IMG/VR virus record: IMGVR_UViG_3300028840_006156 | Source of the DNA: a virus | Length of the DNA stretch: 64,000 nucleotides | Strand: one strand, 5' to 3' | In this document: one piece after another, positions 17,320-26,308 of the stretch | Layout: every line of letters begins with the position of its first letter | Numbering within the stretch: the first letter of the stretch is position 1 | Made by a program: the position numbers and the translations under genes | The notes under the pieces: generated by a model | Told to the model about the DNA's origin: nothing | Seen by the model: the letters and a program-made list of their open reading frames with translations, nothing else | Databases searched by the model: none

Positions 17320-19556
17320 GTCCCCTGCTCGATCGCGCCGTAGGCCTGGACGCGCCGGTCCGCGAGGCCGGCCGTCTTCTTGATGAACGCCGCGAACAGC
17401 CGGTCGGGGTCGGGGTCCGTCGTGTTGATCACGACCTCGACCTTGCCGATCTTCGTCCCGCCTGGAGCCCGCTTGTCCTTGTCCTTGTCCTTGCCCGCGA
17501 GCATGTCGGACAACGACTGCTGGAGGTCCTTCGCCTTCTTCTGGGCGGCAGCAAACTGCATCGGGGTGAGTTGCGCATCTCGCACTGCGTCAGCTGCCTT
17601 GTGGAACCTGTCCGCGGTCTTGAGGTTCGCGCTTGCTGCGCCGTAGGCCGAGTCGCGGATCCCGTCGATCGATGCGATCGCTCCGTCGAGTCCGTCGCCG
17701 ACCTTGGGGATCTTCGACATGACTCGAAGGCCGTCGCCGATCAGCTGGAGTAGCGCCGAGAAGGCGAGCCGGAACGCTCCGAAGGCCTCGATCCCGTAGG
17801 CCACGATGTCGATCATCCCGCCGAGGACCATCGACGCGAAGTCGACTGCGCCGGTGAGCATGTCGAGGCCGCTGACCATCACCGTCGCCGCGTCGGTGCC
17901 CCCGAACATGGCGACACCGACCAGGCGCAGTCGCTCGTAGAACGTGTAGAGCGACGTGATCAGCGGGAGCAGCGAGATCTTGCCCGACTCAATCGCACCG
18001 ACGAGCGACGCCTTGATCTCGTCCCACGATGTGGCGACGTAGGCCGCGAGGCCGCCGACGACCACGGCGACGCCGGAGAACGCGAGCGCGAGTCCGCCAG
18101 CGGCGACGCCGACGCCAGCGATCAGGGGGGCGAGCGTGGCGAACTTGAGGATCGTCTTGTCCATCCCTCGGAACAGCCGCAGGCCGCCCTTCCCCCCGCC
18201 GATCTTTCCGGTGATCCGTGACAGGCCTCGGCCGAGCATCCCGAGCCCGCCGCCGCCCTTCCGGCCACCCATGCCCCGACCGATCGCCATGTGTCGACGC
18301 CTGGCCATGGCGCCGAAGCCTTCACGTCCGCGCCTCATCCCTGCGCCGACGACCTGCGCAGCGGCCATGCCCTTGCCCGCGATGATCATGCCGTAGCCCG
18401 CGACGAGACGAGCGGTCGCCACGACGCTCGCTGCCTTGAGTGCAGCGCCCGCGAGCACGCCGGCCTCCTGGATCTTCGTCGCGATGTCGCGCCAGTGGGT
18501 GGCGACGTACCAGGCCCCGCGGTGTAGCCGGTCGAACAGCTTGTCGGCTGCCTTCGACAGCTGCTGACCCGCGAAGCTCGCGGCATTTTCCATCGTGTCC
18601 ATGCCGCCGCCGAAGGTGCTGATCCCGACCTTGCCGGTGGCACGGCTCATCGCGCGCTTGAGGCTGTCCATGAGCGGGGCAGCAAAGGCGCCGGCTAGCG
18701 TCATGCCCTCGGACTTCATCGTCGACGCGAGGCCACCGAAAGACTTGCCGAAGGCCGTTGCCGCCTCTTTCGAGACCCCATCGACCGCGACCTCGACGAT
18801 CTTGAGCGCCGTGTCGCCGCTTTGCTTCGCCAGCTTGTTGAACATCTGGGCGAAGTCAGCCTCGGTCTCCTTGCCGGTGACCTTCTTGAACGCTTCGCGG
18901 AGGTTGGGCTCGAGCTGCGAGAAAACAGCGACGTCAGCACCTGCGAGGCCACGTACGATCCGGCCGACGTCGGCGCCCATCTGCTTGTAGTCACCGCCGG
19001 TCGTGAACGCGAGCAGCGAGACCTTTTCCATCAGGTCGCGCTGGCGTTTCAGATCCTTGGTCACGCCGGTCACGCCGGGCGCCATCGCCGAGTAGGCCGT
19101 GGCGATGTCCTCGTAGGTTGCGGGCGACTTCTTGGCGATGTCGTAGAGCTCCGCCTGCATCCCCGCGGCGAGTTCGCTGGCCTTGGCGAACTCGGTCATC
19201 TGCCCGGTCATCACGGCCTGGGACTGACCGGCGACCCCGAACAGCTGGTACATCGTCGCCAGGCCGAGCCGGCCCTGCTCCATCTCGGAGTTGAAGCGGA
19301 CGCCCTCGCTAGCCGCCGCCGCGACGCCTCCGACGAGCGCACCGCCGGCCGCCATTGCGCCCATCCTCGCCCACTCGCGAGCAGTCTGGCCAAAGGTCCC
19401 CCGCACGCGCTCTCCCGCGGACACGAGCCGGCTCGACATCGACGCGTAGGACTTGCCGACGGTGTCCGCCGCGCGAGCCATGCCGATCGCCTCGCGCTGG
19501 AAGCTGCCCGCGGTCTTCAGGTTCGCGCGGACGTCGTAGGTGATCCCCTGCGGCAC
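17316..19556 (-). CDS. tail tape measure protein
   Basis: 746 aa Ala/Gly-rich helical protein; AKKSPATYEDIATAY TMP motif; follows chaperone genes. Confidence 0.9.
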   Translation of the reverse strand: MPQGITYDVRANLKTAGSFQREAIGMARAADTVGKSYASMSSRLVSAGERVRGTFGQTAREWARMGAMAAGGALVGGVAAAASEGVRFNSEMEQGRLGLATMYQLFGVAGQSQAVMTGQMTEFAKASELAAGMQAELYDIAKKSPATYEDIATAYSAMAPGVTGVTKDLKRQRDLMEKVSLLAFTTGGDYKQMGADVGRIVRGLAGADVAVFSQLEPNLREAFKKVTGKETEADFAQMFNKLAKQSGDTALKIVEVAVDGVSKEAATAFGKSFGGLASTMKSEGMTLAGAFAAPLMDSLKRAMSRATGKVGISTFGGGMDTMENAASFAGQQLSKAADKLFDRLHRGAWYVATHWRDIATKIQEAGVLAGAALKAASVVATARLVAGYGMIIAGKGMAAAQVVGAGMRRGREGFGAMARRRHMAIGRGMGGRKGGGGLGMLGRGLSRITGKIGGGKGGLRLFRGMDKTILKFATLAPLIAGVGVAAGGLALAFSGVAVVVGGLAAYVATSWDEIKASLVGAIESGKISLLPLITSLYTFYERLRLVGVAMFGGTDAATVMVSGLDMLTGAVDFASMVLGGMIDIVAYGIEAFGAFRLAFSALLQLIGDGLRVMSKIPKVGDGLDGAIASIDGIRDSAYGAASANLKTADRFHKAADAVRDAQLTPMQFAAAQKKAKDLQQSLSDMLAGKDKDKDKRAPGGTKIGKVEVVINTTDPDPDRLFAAFIKKTAGLADRRVQAYGAIEQGT

Positions 19557-19568
19557 CGCACGAGCGTA

Positions 19569-19844
19569 TCAGCCGGAGCCGTCCCCGTTCTCGGCTTCGA
19601 GGATCTTGCTGATCCCGTCGGCAAGCTCGACGAGGCGGACGAATGGCATGCGGTCGAGGTAGTCGGCCTGCTGGCCGCCGTAGCGCATCAGGTACGCGAC
19701 GACCTCCTTGTCCATGCGCCGGAGCGTCTTGGCGAGCTCGCCGCTGCGGACGTAGATCACGAAGCCCGCGGTCTCGAAGTCGGGTCGGACTCGTGCGCGG
19801 CTCAGCCTTCGACCCAAACTCGGCTGGCGCGCACGGCCTTTCCC
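19569..19844 (-). CDS. -1 frameshift extension of tail assembly chaperone (gpGT/T-like)
   Basis: Open -1 frame from the slippery site to TGA 19569 ends ...VVAYLMRYGGQQADYLDRMPFVRLVELADGISKILEAENGDGSG. Confidence 0.75.
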   Translation of the reverse strand, partial: GKGRARQPSLGRRLSRARVRPDFETAGFVIYVRSGELAKTLRRMDKEVVAYLMRYGGQQADYLDRMPFVRLVELADGISKILEAENGDGSG

Positions 19845-20602
19845 TCGGCGTCCGTCGGCTGGATCGACGCGACGAACGTCCGGTTGACCAGCATCTGCGC
19901 CTTCGGGCTCAGCCTCGACCACCACTCGCGCGGGTCCGAGTTGCCGCCGGCGGAGACGATGAACTGGACGCAGTCGTCGATCGATCCCGCGCGCGAAGAC
20001 AGGCGACGGACCTCGGCCGTCGTTGCGTCGCGCAGGGCGAAGGCGAGGTCCACGGGACCGCCCTTCCAGTGGCGCGAGTCCATGACCGACATGGGTAGCG
20101 AGCAGATGATCCGGTCGCCATCGCGTCGGCGCGTGGACTCCATCTCGATCACGTCGACGTCGGTGGGCAGCACGAGCGCGACGAACTCCTGCAGGATCGA
20201 CATCTGGACCTTGCCGGTCCGCGTGTGCCACCAGGTCGTCAGCTCGAGTCCGCCGCGATGACGTCCGCCGGCGGCGAGGTAAGGCAGCACGACCTCGGGT
20301 CCGGGCGAGCGAGCGAGCTGCTCGGCGAAGGTAAAAACCTCCTCGGCCTCGGGCTCGCGCAACCCGAACTTGAGGTCGGACTCGTCGCCCTTCCAGTGCG
20401 AGTTGTCCATCACATCTGGATGGAGGTCGAAGCCGAAGAACCCGCCGGACTTCAGGGCTGCAGGCGGCTTCTCTCCGGTCAGCGCGGGGGGTGGGATCGT
20501 CGCCTGCATCGGCGGCGGCTCGGTCTTCTTCGAGATCGTCACGCCCTCGGGCTTCGCCTGCGATACGCCAGGCGCCTCCATGAATCCGTCCCAGGTGGTC
20601 AT
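19802..20602 (-). CDS. tail assembly chaperone (gpG-like) with two tandem internal domains
   Basis: Between tube and TMP; TACCCT-N6-ATG at 20602; slippery heptamer near 3' end. Confidence 0.75.
   Translation of the reverse strand: MTTWDGFMEAPGVSQAKPEGVTISKKTEPPPMQATIPPPALTGEKPPAALKSGGFFGFDLHPDVMDNSHWKGDESDLKFGLREPEAEEVFTFAEQLARSPGPEVVLPYLAAGGRHRGGLELTTWWHTRTGKVQMSILQEFVALVLPTDVDVIEMESTRRRDGDRIICSLPMSVMDSRHWKGGPVDLAFALRDATTAEVRRLSSRAGSIDDCVQFIVSAGGNSDPREWWSRLSPKAQMLVNRTFVASIQPTDAEGKAVRASRVWVEG
19804..19954. repeat. 151-bp direct repeat, copy 1 (3' end of chaperone gene)
   Basis: 8 mismatches versus 21657-21807. Confidence 0.95.
19838..19844 (-). other. -1 programmed frameshift slippery site G GGA AAG
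   Basis: Same heptamer as lambda gpG/gpGT, in the Gly-Lys frame. Confidence 0.8.
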
Positions 20603-20647
20603 GCGGCGAGGGTAGCAACCGACGAGGTGCGCGGGTAGGGTTGGTGC

Positions 20648-21025
20648 ATGACCACCACCGATCCCGATCCCGACCGCATCATGGACGGGTTTTTTCGACA
20701 CAGCCGCTTACTCGCCATGAAGGGGCAGGAGTGCCAGGTCGACATGTTCGTCGGCGGTGAACGGCTCGACGGCCTGCAGTGCATGTCGCTGACCGAGGCG
20801 CGCGGCGTGGCGACCTCGGTCTGGAAAATCGTCGACGCGACCCAGCTGCCACGCGTCGAAGCGGGCGTCGACCTCGAACTGCGTACACGCTTCGCCGACC
20901 CGCGCGGCAACGTGCAGCCGTGCGTCTGGACGGGGCGAGTCGTCGGTCTCGGGCTCGCTGGGCGCTCGGACTTCGTCACGGTCACGATCGAGGGCGTACG
21001 TCGCGAGTGGGGCGAGTCCGAGTGA
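20648..21025 (+). CDS. tail-tube paralogue with internal deletion, N-terminally carrying the TMP C-terminal motif
   Basis: KGQEC.V and RSDFVT...EGV shared with tube; TTDPDPDR shared with TMP C-terminus. Confidence 0.7.
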   Translation: MTTTDPDPDRIMDGFFRHSRLLAMKGQECQVDMFVGGERLDGLQCMSLTEARGVATSVWKIVDATQLPRVEAGVDLELRTRFADPRGNVQPCVWTGRVVGLGLAGRSDFVTVTIEGVRREWGESE

Positions 21026-21384
21026 GCGTCCGAGCCCGCCTCGCCGACCCGATCCGCGACAGCGGCGACATCGAAGCCGAGGCCGCGGTCCTCGTCGCCG
21101 ACGGCAAGGTCTACGCCGGCGCAACGCCCGAGGACGCCTTCGAGCAATGGCTCGCGCTCACGAAGTGGCTGATCGAGAAGATGCAGCCGAGCGCGCTTTG
21201 GCAGGCGCTGATCATCGCGCAGCGCCACGCCGAGGTCGCGCGGGGTGACCACGGTCGAGCTCGCGCGGGCGCTCCGATCATGACGCCGACGACGGTGCTC
21301 GAGGTGGCGAAGGCGAAGCTCGGGGCGGACGTCTACGCGAAGCTCCGCGCCGCCTGTGTCGACTGGCTGCGCGGAGTAGACTGA
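21022..21384 (+). CDS. hypothetical protein
   Basis: GTGA overlap. Confidence 0.5.
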   Translation: MSVRARLADPIRDSGDIEAEAAVLVADGKVYAGATPEDAFEQWLALTKWLIEKMQPSALWQALIIAQRHAEVARGDHGRARAGAPIMTPTTVLEVAKAKLGADVYAKLRAACVDWLRGVD

Positions 21385-21389
21385 CCTCC

Positions 21390-21647
21390 ATGACCATCTC
21401 GATCACGCTCCCCGTCACCGCCGAGCAGGCCGCCGCGATCATCAAGGCCGGGCCCGGGACCGTCGTCCATCACCCGCACGCTCGCGGGCGCAGGGTCGGC
21501 GACTTGAAGGCCGCGCTCGGGCGCGCTGGGGTTCCGCACAGGCTCGTGCAGACGCTGGGCTACTCGACGACGGGCGACGCTCCGAAGGCGCCTGAGAAGC
21601 CAGCGAAGGCTCGCAGGGCGTCGAAGAAGGCGAAGCCCGAGGACTAG
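21390..21647 (+). CDS. hypothetical protein with Lys-rich tail
   Basis: TAGACT-N7-ATG upstream. Confidence 0.55.
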   Translation: MTISITLPVTAEQAAAIIKAGPGTVVHHPHARGRRVGDLKAALGRAGVPHRLVQTLGYSTTGDAPKAPEKPAKARRASKKAKPED

Positions 21648-22065
21648 GGTCCGAAGAGCCTTCGACCCAAACTCGGCTGGCGCGCACGGCTTTTCCCTCG
21701 GACTCCGTCGGCTGGATCGACGCGACGAACGTCCGGTTGACCAGCATCTGCGCCTTCGGGCTCAGGCGTGCCCACCACTCGCGCGGGTCCGAGTTGCCGC
21801 CCGCGGACTCCTCGGCGTGCTCTGTGACCATGGCCCGGTTGATGTAGCCGTGGCGTGGTGTCGCGTCCTCGACGATGACGAGGCGGCGCGCGCAGTAGTG
21901 ACCATCCGCCCCCAAGTAGGCCATCCGCCAAACCCCTGGCTCTGCGGTCAGTTCGCGCCACATCTTGGCGTGCGGAGTCCAGTGCTCCATCCCGTCGAAC
22001 TCGGCCTGCGTGACCTCGGTGATCGGGAGCTTCGTCTCGGGGTCGAATCGGCCTACGTGTCGCAC
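21442..22065 (-). CDS. chimeric protein: novel N-terminus fused to the chaperone C-terminal 50 aa; -1 frame stops at 21644
   Basis: GTG 7 nt after motif 22073-22100; contains repeat copy 2 with G GGA AAA. Confidence 0.6.
   Translation of the reverse strand: MRHVGRFDPETKLPITEVTQAEFDGMEHWTPHAKMWRELTAEPGVWRMAYLGADGHYCARRLVIVEDATPRHGYINRAMVTEHAEESAGGNSDPREWWARLSPKAQMLVNRTFVASIQPTESEGKAVRASRVWVEGSSDPSPRASPSSTPCEPSLASQAPSERRPSSSSPASARACAEPQRARARPSSRRPCARERAGDGRRSRARP
21657..21807. repeat. 151-bp direct repeat, copy 2
   Basis: About 95% identical to 19804-19954. Confidence 0.95.
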
Positions 22066-22072
22066 GCCCGAC

Positions 22073-22100
22073 CTACCGACCGCGCCCGCGGTCGCTTCCC
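22073..22100 (-). promoter_or_regulatory. GGGAAG-N17-GGTAG promoter motif
   Basis: 7 nt before GTG 22065. Confidence 0.8.
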
Positions 22101-22308
22101 GGTGAACGATCCGGCCGCGATCGTCACTACCCAAGCATGGACCACGAGATCGAGATCGCCGCCATCCTGCACGCCACTTGCCGCCCCACCGAGCCCCTGC
22201 CGCCCCGTCTTCTCGCCGCCGGCTACAAGCGCTGGACCGACCCGAGCGGGCGCGTCCGAGTGCTGACGTCCTGCCCGTCTCTCGGTGGACCCTGGCGACA
22301 CAGCCCGG

Positions 22309-22545
22309 TCAGCCGAGCTTCTTCGGGCCCCGCGTGCCGGGCTCGCGGACGTTGACGGCCGTGCTCGGGTAGCCGGTCGGCATCGTCCCCTGCGGATCGG
22401 GAAAGTCGCGCTGGTCGCCCTCGGTCAGGTTCACGGGCACCCACGCATCGACCTTGTTGATCGTCCAGTCGGGCCCGTCGACGATCTGCACGACGTGGTT
22501 CTGCGGGGGCGGGAACGGGTAGCGGTTGCGCTTCTGGTCCGTCAT
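22309..22545 (-). CDS. small Pro-rich putative tail protein
   Basis: TATCAT-N6-ATG; tail module. Confidence 0.55.
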   Translation of the reverse strand: MTDQKRNRYPFPPPQNHVVQIVDGPDWTINKVDAWVPVNLTEGDQRDFPDPQGTMPTGYPSTAVNVREPGTRGPKKLG

Positions 22546-22561
22546 GAGGGGATGATAGCGC

Positions 22562-22589
22562 GGGAAGCGATCGCGGGTTCTGGTGGTAG
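22562..22589 (+). promoter_or_regulatory. GGGAAG-N17-GGTAG promoter motif
   Basis: 7 nt before ATG 22597. Confidence 0.8.
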
Positions 22590-22596
22590 ACCGCGC

Positions 22597-22866
22597 ATGA
22601 AGATCGAGACCACGGGACGAGGCTTCCAGATCATCACATTCGAGGATCGGTACGGTCAGCCGTGCTCGCTGCAGGAGTCGTCGCTCGCCGACGGCGCGCA
22701 CGTTTGGCTGGGAGTCAGCAAGCGCACCGACTTGAACACCGGCGCCGAGTTGGCCGACAGCAAGAACTTCCGCATGCACCTCTCGCGCGATCATGTCCGT
22801 GAACTGCTGCCGCATCTCATCGCCTTCGCCGAGACCGGGGGCATCGCGATCACAGAAGGGGCGTGA
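22597..22866 (+). CDS. conserved phage protein (RGF..F.DRYG..CSLQESSLA...RMHL family)
   Basis: Recognisable phage family motif. Confidence 0.7.
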   Translation: MKIETTGRGFQIITFEDRYGQPCSLQESSLADGAHVWLGVSKRTDLNTGAELADSKNFRMHLSRDHVRELLPHLIAFAETGGIAITEGA

Positions 22867-22909
22867 CCGTACCCAACGGCCACGCCCCTCGGGGTCGATG
22901 CTCCCGCTC

Positions 22910-23353
22910 CTACAGGTCGACGTCCTTGACGTCGCTCACGACGCCCTCGAGACTCAACGTCACGAAGTCGCTTCGCGAGCTGATCGCGTTCTCCAGCGGG
23001 CCGAAGAAAATGTCTTGCAGCTGGATCTGTCGCGTCTGTCCGGTGGGCAGCGCCGCCGCGAAGGACAGGTCGAACTGGGCAGCTGAGCCCGCCCGACGCT
23101 TCGACCGGTCGATGATCTGCTGGCGCAGGATGTAGGGCTGTACGTCCTCGATCTGTAGCGTCGCCGAGAAGGTCGTGTTCCGGTAGATGTCGTCGTTTCG
23201 CGTCGCGACCTCCCCGAGCAGGTCCTCAGACAGCTGCTCGACGTTGTCGGTCACGGTCAGGTCGACGACGGCGTTGAACGCCGCGCTGATCGTGTTGTTC
23301 ACCAGGAAGCTGACGAAGCACTCCTGGCCCTTGAGACGTGGGTTTCCAGCCAT
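22910..23353 (-). CDS. tail tube protein
   Basis: 147 aa directly downstream of sheath; SD-like GAGGAG upstream. Confidence 0.8.
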   Translation of the reverse strand: MAGNPRLKGQECFVSFLVNNTISAAFNAVVDLTVTDNVEQLSEDLLGEVATRNDDIYRNTTFSATLQIEDVQPYILRQQIIDRSKRRAGSAAQFDLSFAAALPTGQTRQIQLQDIFFGPLENAISSRSDFVTLSLEGVVSDVKDVDL

Positions 23354-23377
23354 GGCGGTCTACTCCTCGAAGGCGGC

Positions 23378-25936
23378 TCAGGCCGCGGCGGCGGTCACCT
23401 GCGCGGAGGTGACGACGGTCTGGCCGACGGTGACGTCGAAGACGATCGCGTCGGCGGTGGCGAGCATGCGCACGGCAACCCGGGCGCGCAGAATGTTGGG
23501 GACGTCGGGGTCGCTCGTGTCCGTGACGTCGAAGGACTCGATCCGCTGGGCTTGCGGCTGGTCCAGCGACTGCAGGCCGGTCAAGAAGTTGATGATCTGG
23601 CCGAAGAAGTTGCGGCGCAGGTCCTGGGTGATCAGCTTCTTGCCGTAGGGGACCGCGAGGATGAACAGGCTGTCGTTGATGAAGTCCGCGAACCATCGAC
23701 GGTTGGCGGGCGTCTGCGAGGCCTGGGTGAGCGAGTCGACCGAGGTGACGTCGTCGACGAAGGCGGCGCCGGCGGTCCGGTCGAGGATCGGCGCGGTGAT
23801 CCCCTCGCGCTTGAACCGGATGTAGTCGTTCACGTCGAGCTTGGTGCTGCCCTCGCTGAGCGGGTCGTAGGCGGGCTCGAGGCCGGCGACGTTGAGGCGA
23901 CCGACGTTGGTCGAGCGCAGGTCCTGTCCGGAGCTCTGCTCGGGCGGGATGATCGAGCGGATCGCCGCGAGCCAGCTGTCGGCGCCGACGGGCACGACGC
24001 CGTCGTCCGTGAAGCCGACGCCACCGCTGGCGCCCTGCTCGGCGATCTCCTGGATCCGCGCCTGGAAGCCGGGGAAGGCGAACTGCTTGCGCTCCTCGCG
24101 GAGCGCCGCGTTCTCGGCGACGGCGTCGTCCACCGAGACTCCGAGCCGCGGCCGGACGATCGTCTTGCGGCCGGACAGGCCAGCGGCCGTGGCCTCGCGG
24201 GCGTTGATCTGCAGCTCGTTGTTGATCGCCGGCGACGTCCGGGCCGAGCAGATCGCGTTCGCTTCGCGGGCCGGCGGGGCGTCGACGTTGGTCTCCCGGA
24301 TCGCCGCGATGTAGCGCGAGTCCAACTGCGCGGACGTGAGGCGCGTGATCGACAGCGGGTTGGTCACCGCAAAGCCGCCGGGCAGGTCCGATAGGATCAC
24401 GGTGACGTCGTTGGGGCCCGAGGCGAGCGCGGCGTCCGTGTCGTCGAACGGTCGGACCTTGGCCTCGAAGGGGCCGCCGCCCGTGCCGGTCTGGACGTCG
24501 GACATCGTGATCCAGACCGTCGCCGTCGAGGTCGCGTCCTGGACCCGGGTGCCCGCTGGGATCGTCAAGTCTGGCCCGTTGGCCGCGTCGACCGTGGTCG
24601 TCGTGTCGAATCCGAGGGCTGCGAGCAGCGCGCCCGAGTCGCCCTTGATCGCGCCGGTGCCGGGCGTGAGCTCGTTGCAGGCGCGCAGGGTGCCGTCGCT
24701 GTTGACGGTCGAGCCGAGGTTGGCAGCGGCGTCGAGGATCGCGGCCGCCTCCTGGGCGGAGAAGCTCGACGCGTCGCCGACGTTCCCGGTACCGAAGACC
24801 TCGAGCGCGACGCCGGGGACCGTGTTGGCCACGGTGACCTCGGCTCCGCCGGCGAGCATCGTCAGCCCGGTCAGGATCTGGTTGTCCGCGCCGGTGACCG
24901 TGATCGCATCGATGCCCGATGCGGCGAAGATGAAACCCGGGACGCCGAGTTGCGAGAGTTGGGGCGGATCCGTGACCGCGTCGCTCAGGAGCTTGTCGCG
25001 CTTGAGCGTGACCGACCCGATCACGCCCGAGAAACTCGCGGTGTCGAAGTCGGTGGCGACGCCGTCGACGATCCGCGAGACGCGGGCCTGAGTGGCGATC
25101 CCGCTGTCGCCGGTGACGGTCAAGGTCCAGACGTCCTGGACCACCGCGGTGGGCAGACCGAGGTCCGAGAGCGCGGTCCCGCCGACGATCTTGATCCGGG
25201 CCTCGGACCCGGCGCGGACGGACCGGAGCTCGAGCTGCCCGCCGTTGTCGAACGCGATCGTCGCCGCGACCTTGGCGTTGATCCTGGCGATGACGTCGGC
25301 GAGCGTGATGTCCGTCGACGCGAACGTGATCGTCTGGGCGTCCGCGTCGCTCGCGTCGTCCCAGGCCACGATCAGCGTCTTGTTGGTCAGGGTGCCGAGC
25401 GGTAGCGGGTAGACGACGCCGGACGCGAGGATCGAGGCCTTCGTGGCGTTCAGCGTCGCCGTCGCCGTCGTGGCGCCGTTGTTCAGGTCGAACACGGCCT
25501 GGTCCCCGTTGGCCGCGGAGAACGGGCCCGAGCCGCCGTTTAGGCAGGCCAGCCGCGTGAGCTCGACGACGCCAGCGGAGCTGTCCACGCGGTGGATCAG
25601 CAGCCGGTTGAAGACCTTGTTGGCCGTCCAGACGAAGACGTTGCCGTTCCACGCCTCGCTGCCGCCGGACTGCTGGGCGACCGGGCCCACGTGGGGGCCG
25701 ACGCCGGTGATCGGCCAGCCCAAGCCGCCGAAGGTCTGCTCGCGCGAGGTCGGGTTCGTGACCTCGGTCGTGACGCCGATCGGCCCCTTCTCGGTCTCCC
25801 CGACGATCAGGATCGTCCCCGTGCCGGCCCCGAACAGGAGCTGCGGCGGAGCACGGTCGATGATGTTGGTGCTGGCGACGTTGAGAAACGTCGCGTTGCC
25901 GGGGTCATCGAGAAAGACGCGGCGGAAGGCGACCAT
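23378..25936 (-). CDS. contractile tail sheath protein
   Basis: LIVGETEKGP....VT N-terminus, VNDYIRFKREGI...DDVTS...RRWFADFI C-terminal sheath motifs. Confidence 0.9.
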   Translation of the reverse strand: MVAFRRVFLDDPGNATFLNVASTNIIDRAPPQLLFGAGTGTILIVGETEKGPIGVTTEVTNPTSREQTFGGLGWPITGVGPHVGPVAQQSGGSEAWNGNVFVWTANKVFNRLLIHRVDSSAGVVELTRLACLNGGSGPFSAANGDQAVFDLNNGATTATATLNATKASILASGVVYPLPLGTLTNKTLIVAWDDASDADAQTITFASTDITLADVIARINAKVAATIAFDNGGQLELRSVRAGSEARIKIVGGTALSDLGLPTAVVQDVWTLTVTGDSGIATQARVSRIVDGVATDFDTASFSGVIGSVTLKRDKLLSDAVTDPPQLSQLGVPGFIFAASGIDAITVTGADNQILTGLTMLAGGAEVTVANTVPGVALEVFGTGNVGDASSFSAQEAAAILDAAANLGSTVNSDGTLRACNELTPGTGAIKGDSGALLAALGFDTTTTVDAANGPDLTIPAGTRVQDATSTATVWITMSDVQTGTGGGPFEAKVRPFDDTDAALASGPNDVTVILSDLPGGFAVTNPLSITRLTSAQLDSRYIAAIRETNVDAPPAREANAICSARTSPAINNELQINAREATAAGLSGRKTIVRPRLGVSVDDAVAENAALREERKQFAFPGFQARIQEIAEQGASGGVGFTDDGVVPVGADSWLAAIRSIIPPEQSSGQDLRSTNVGRLNVAGLEPAYDPLSEGSTKLDVNDYIRFKREGITAPILDRTAGAAFVDDVTSVDSLTQASQTPANRRWFADFINDSLFILAVPYGKKLITQDLRRNFFGQIINFLTGLQSLDQPQAQRIESFDVTDTSDPDVPNILRARVAVRMLATADAIVFDVTVGQTVVTSAQVTAAAA

Positions 25937-25967
25937 GCCGCGAGGGTATCAGCCTCTCGGGCTGGCG

Positions 25968-26273
25968 TCACAGGGGCGACCTGAGCAGACCCAGGGCAGC
26001 TGCGCGCTCCAGCCCGAGGCGCTCACCGATCGTGCCCTCGATCATCGCGTGGCCGAGATCCTCGCACGCGTCGGAGACGGCATCCGCAAGTGCCACCGAT
26101 CCATCGTGGGCGGTAAGCCACGGGCTTACGCTAGCGACGCCGCGGCGCCATCCGCAAGACGCTACGACAGTGACGACGCCGTAGATGGACGAGGCCGGTG
26201 TGCACGTGACGGTCGCCGGCAACTCGCCGAGCACGCTCCGGGCTACCCGGCTAACGATCTGCTGGTCGTTCAC
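25968..26273 (-). CDS. hypothetical protein
   Basis: GTG 7 nt after motif 26281-26308. Confidence 0.6.
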   Translation of the reverse strand: MNDQQIVSRVARSVLGELPATVTCTPASSIYGVVTVVASCGWRRGVASVSPWLTAHDGSVALADAVSDACEDLGHAMIEGTIGERLGLERAAALGLLRSPL

Positions 26274-26280
26274 GCCCGGT

Positions 26281-26308
26281 CTACCGCGCGCCCCCGCGTC
26301 AGCTTCCC
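26281..26308 (-). promoter_or_regulatory. GGGAAG-N17-GGTAG promoter motif
   Basis: Exact spacing. Confidence 0.8.

Noticed and set aside
19804-21807. 151-bp repeat pair as a DGR template/variable repeat
   Set aside because: The 8 differences are not adenine-specific and no reverse transcriptase is present
22137-22355. Plus-strand 72-aa ORF
   Set aside because: Overlaps the 22309 gene, has a low-complexity tail and lacks a properly spaced promoter
23226-25652. Many long Arg/Ala/Pro-rich ORFs in the track (e.g. 4989-6893, 23226-25652, 53421-55745, 60588-62939)
   Set aside because: Shadow frames of real genes in high-GC DNA; no motifs or promoter signals
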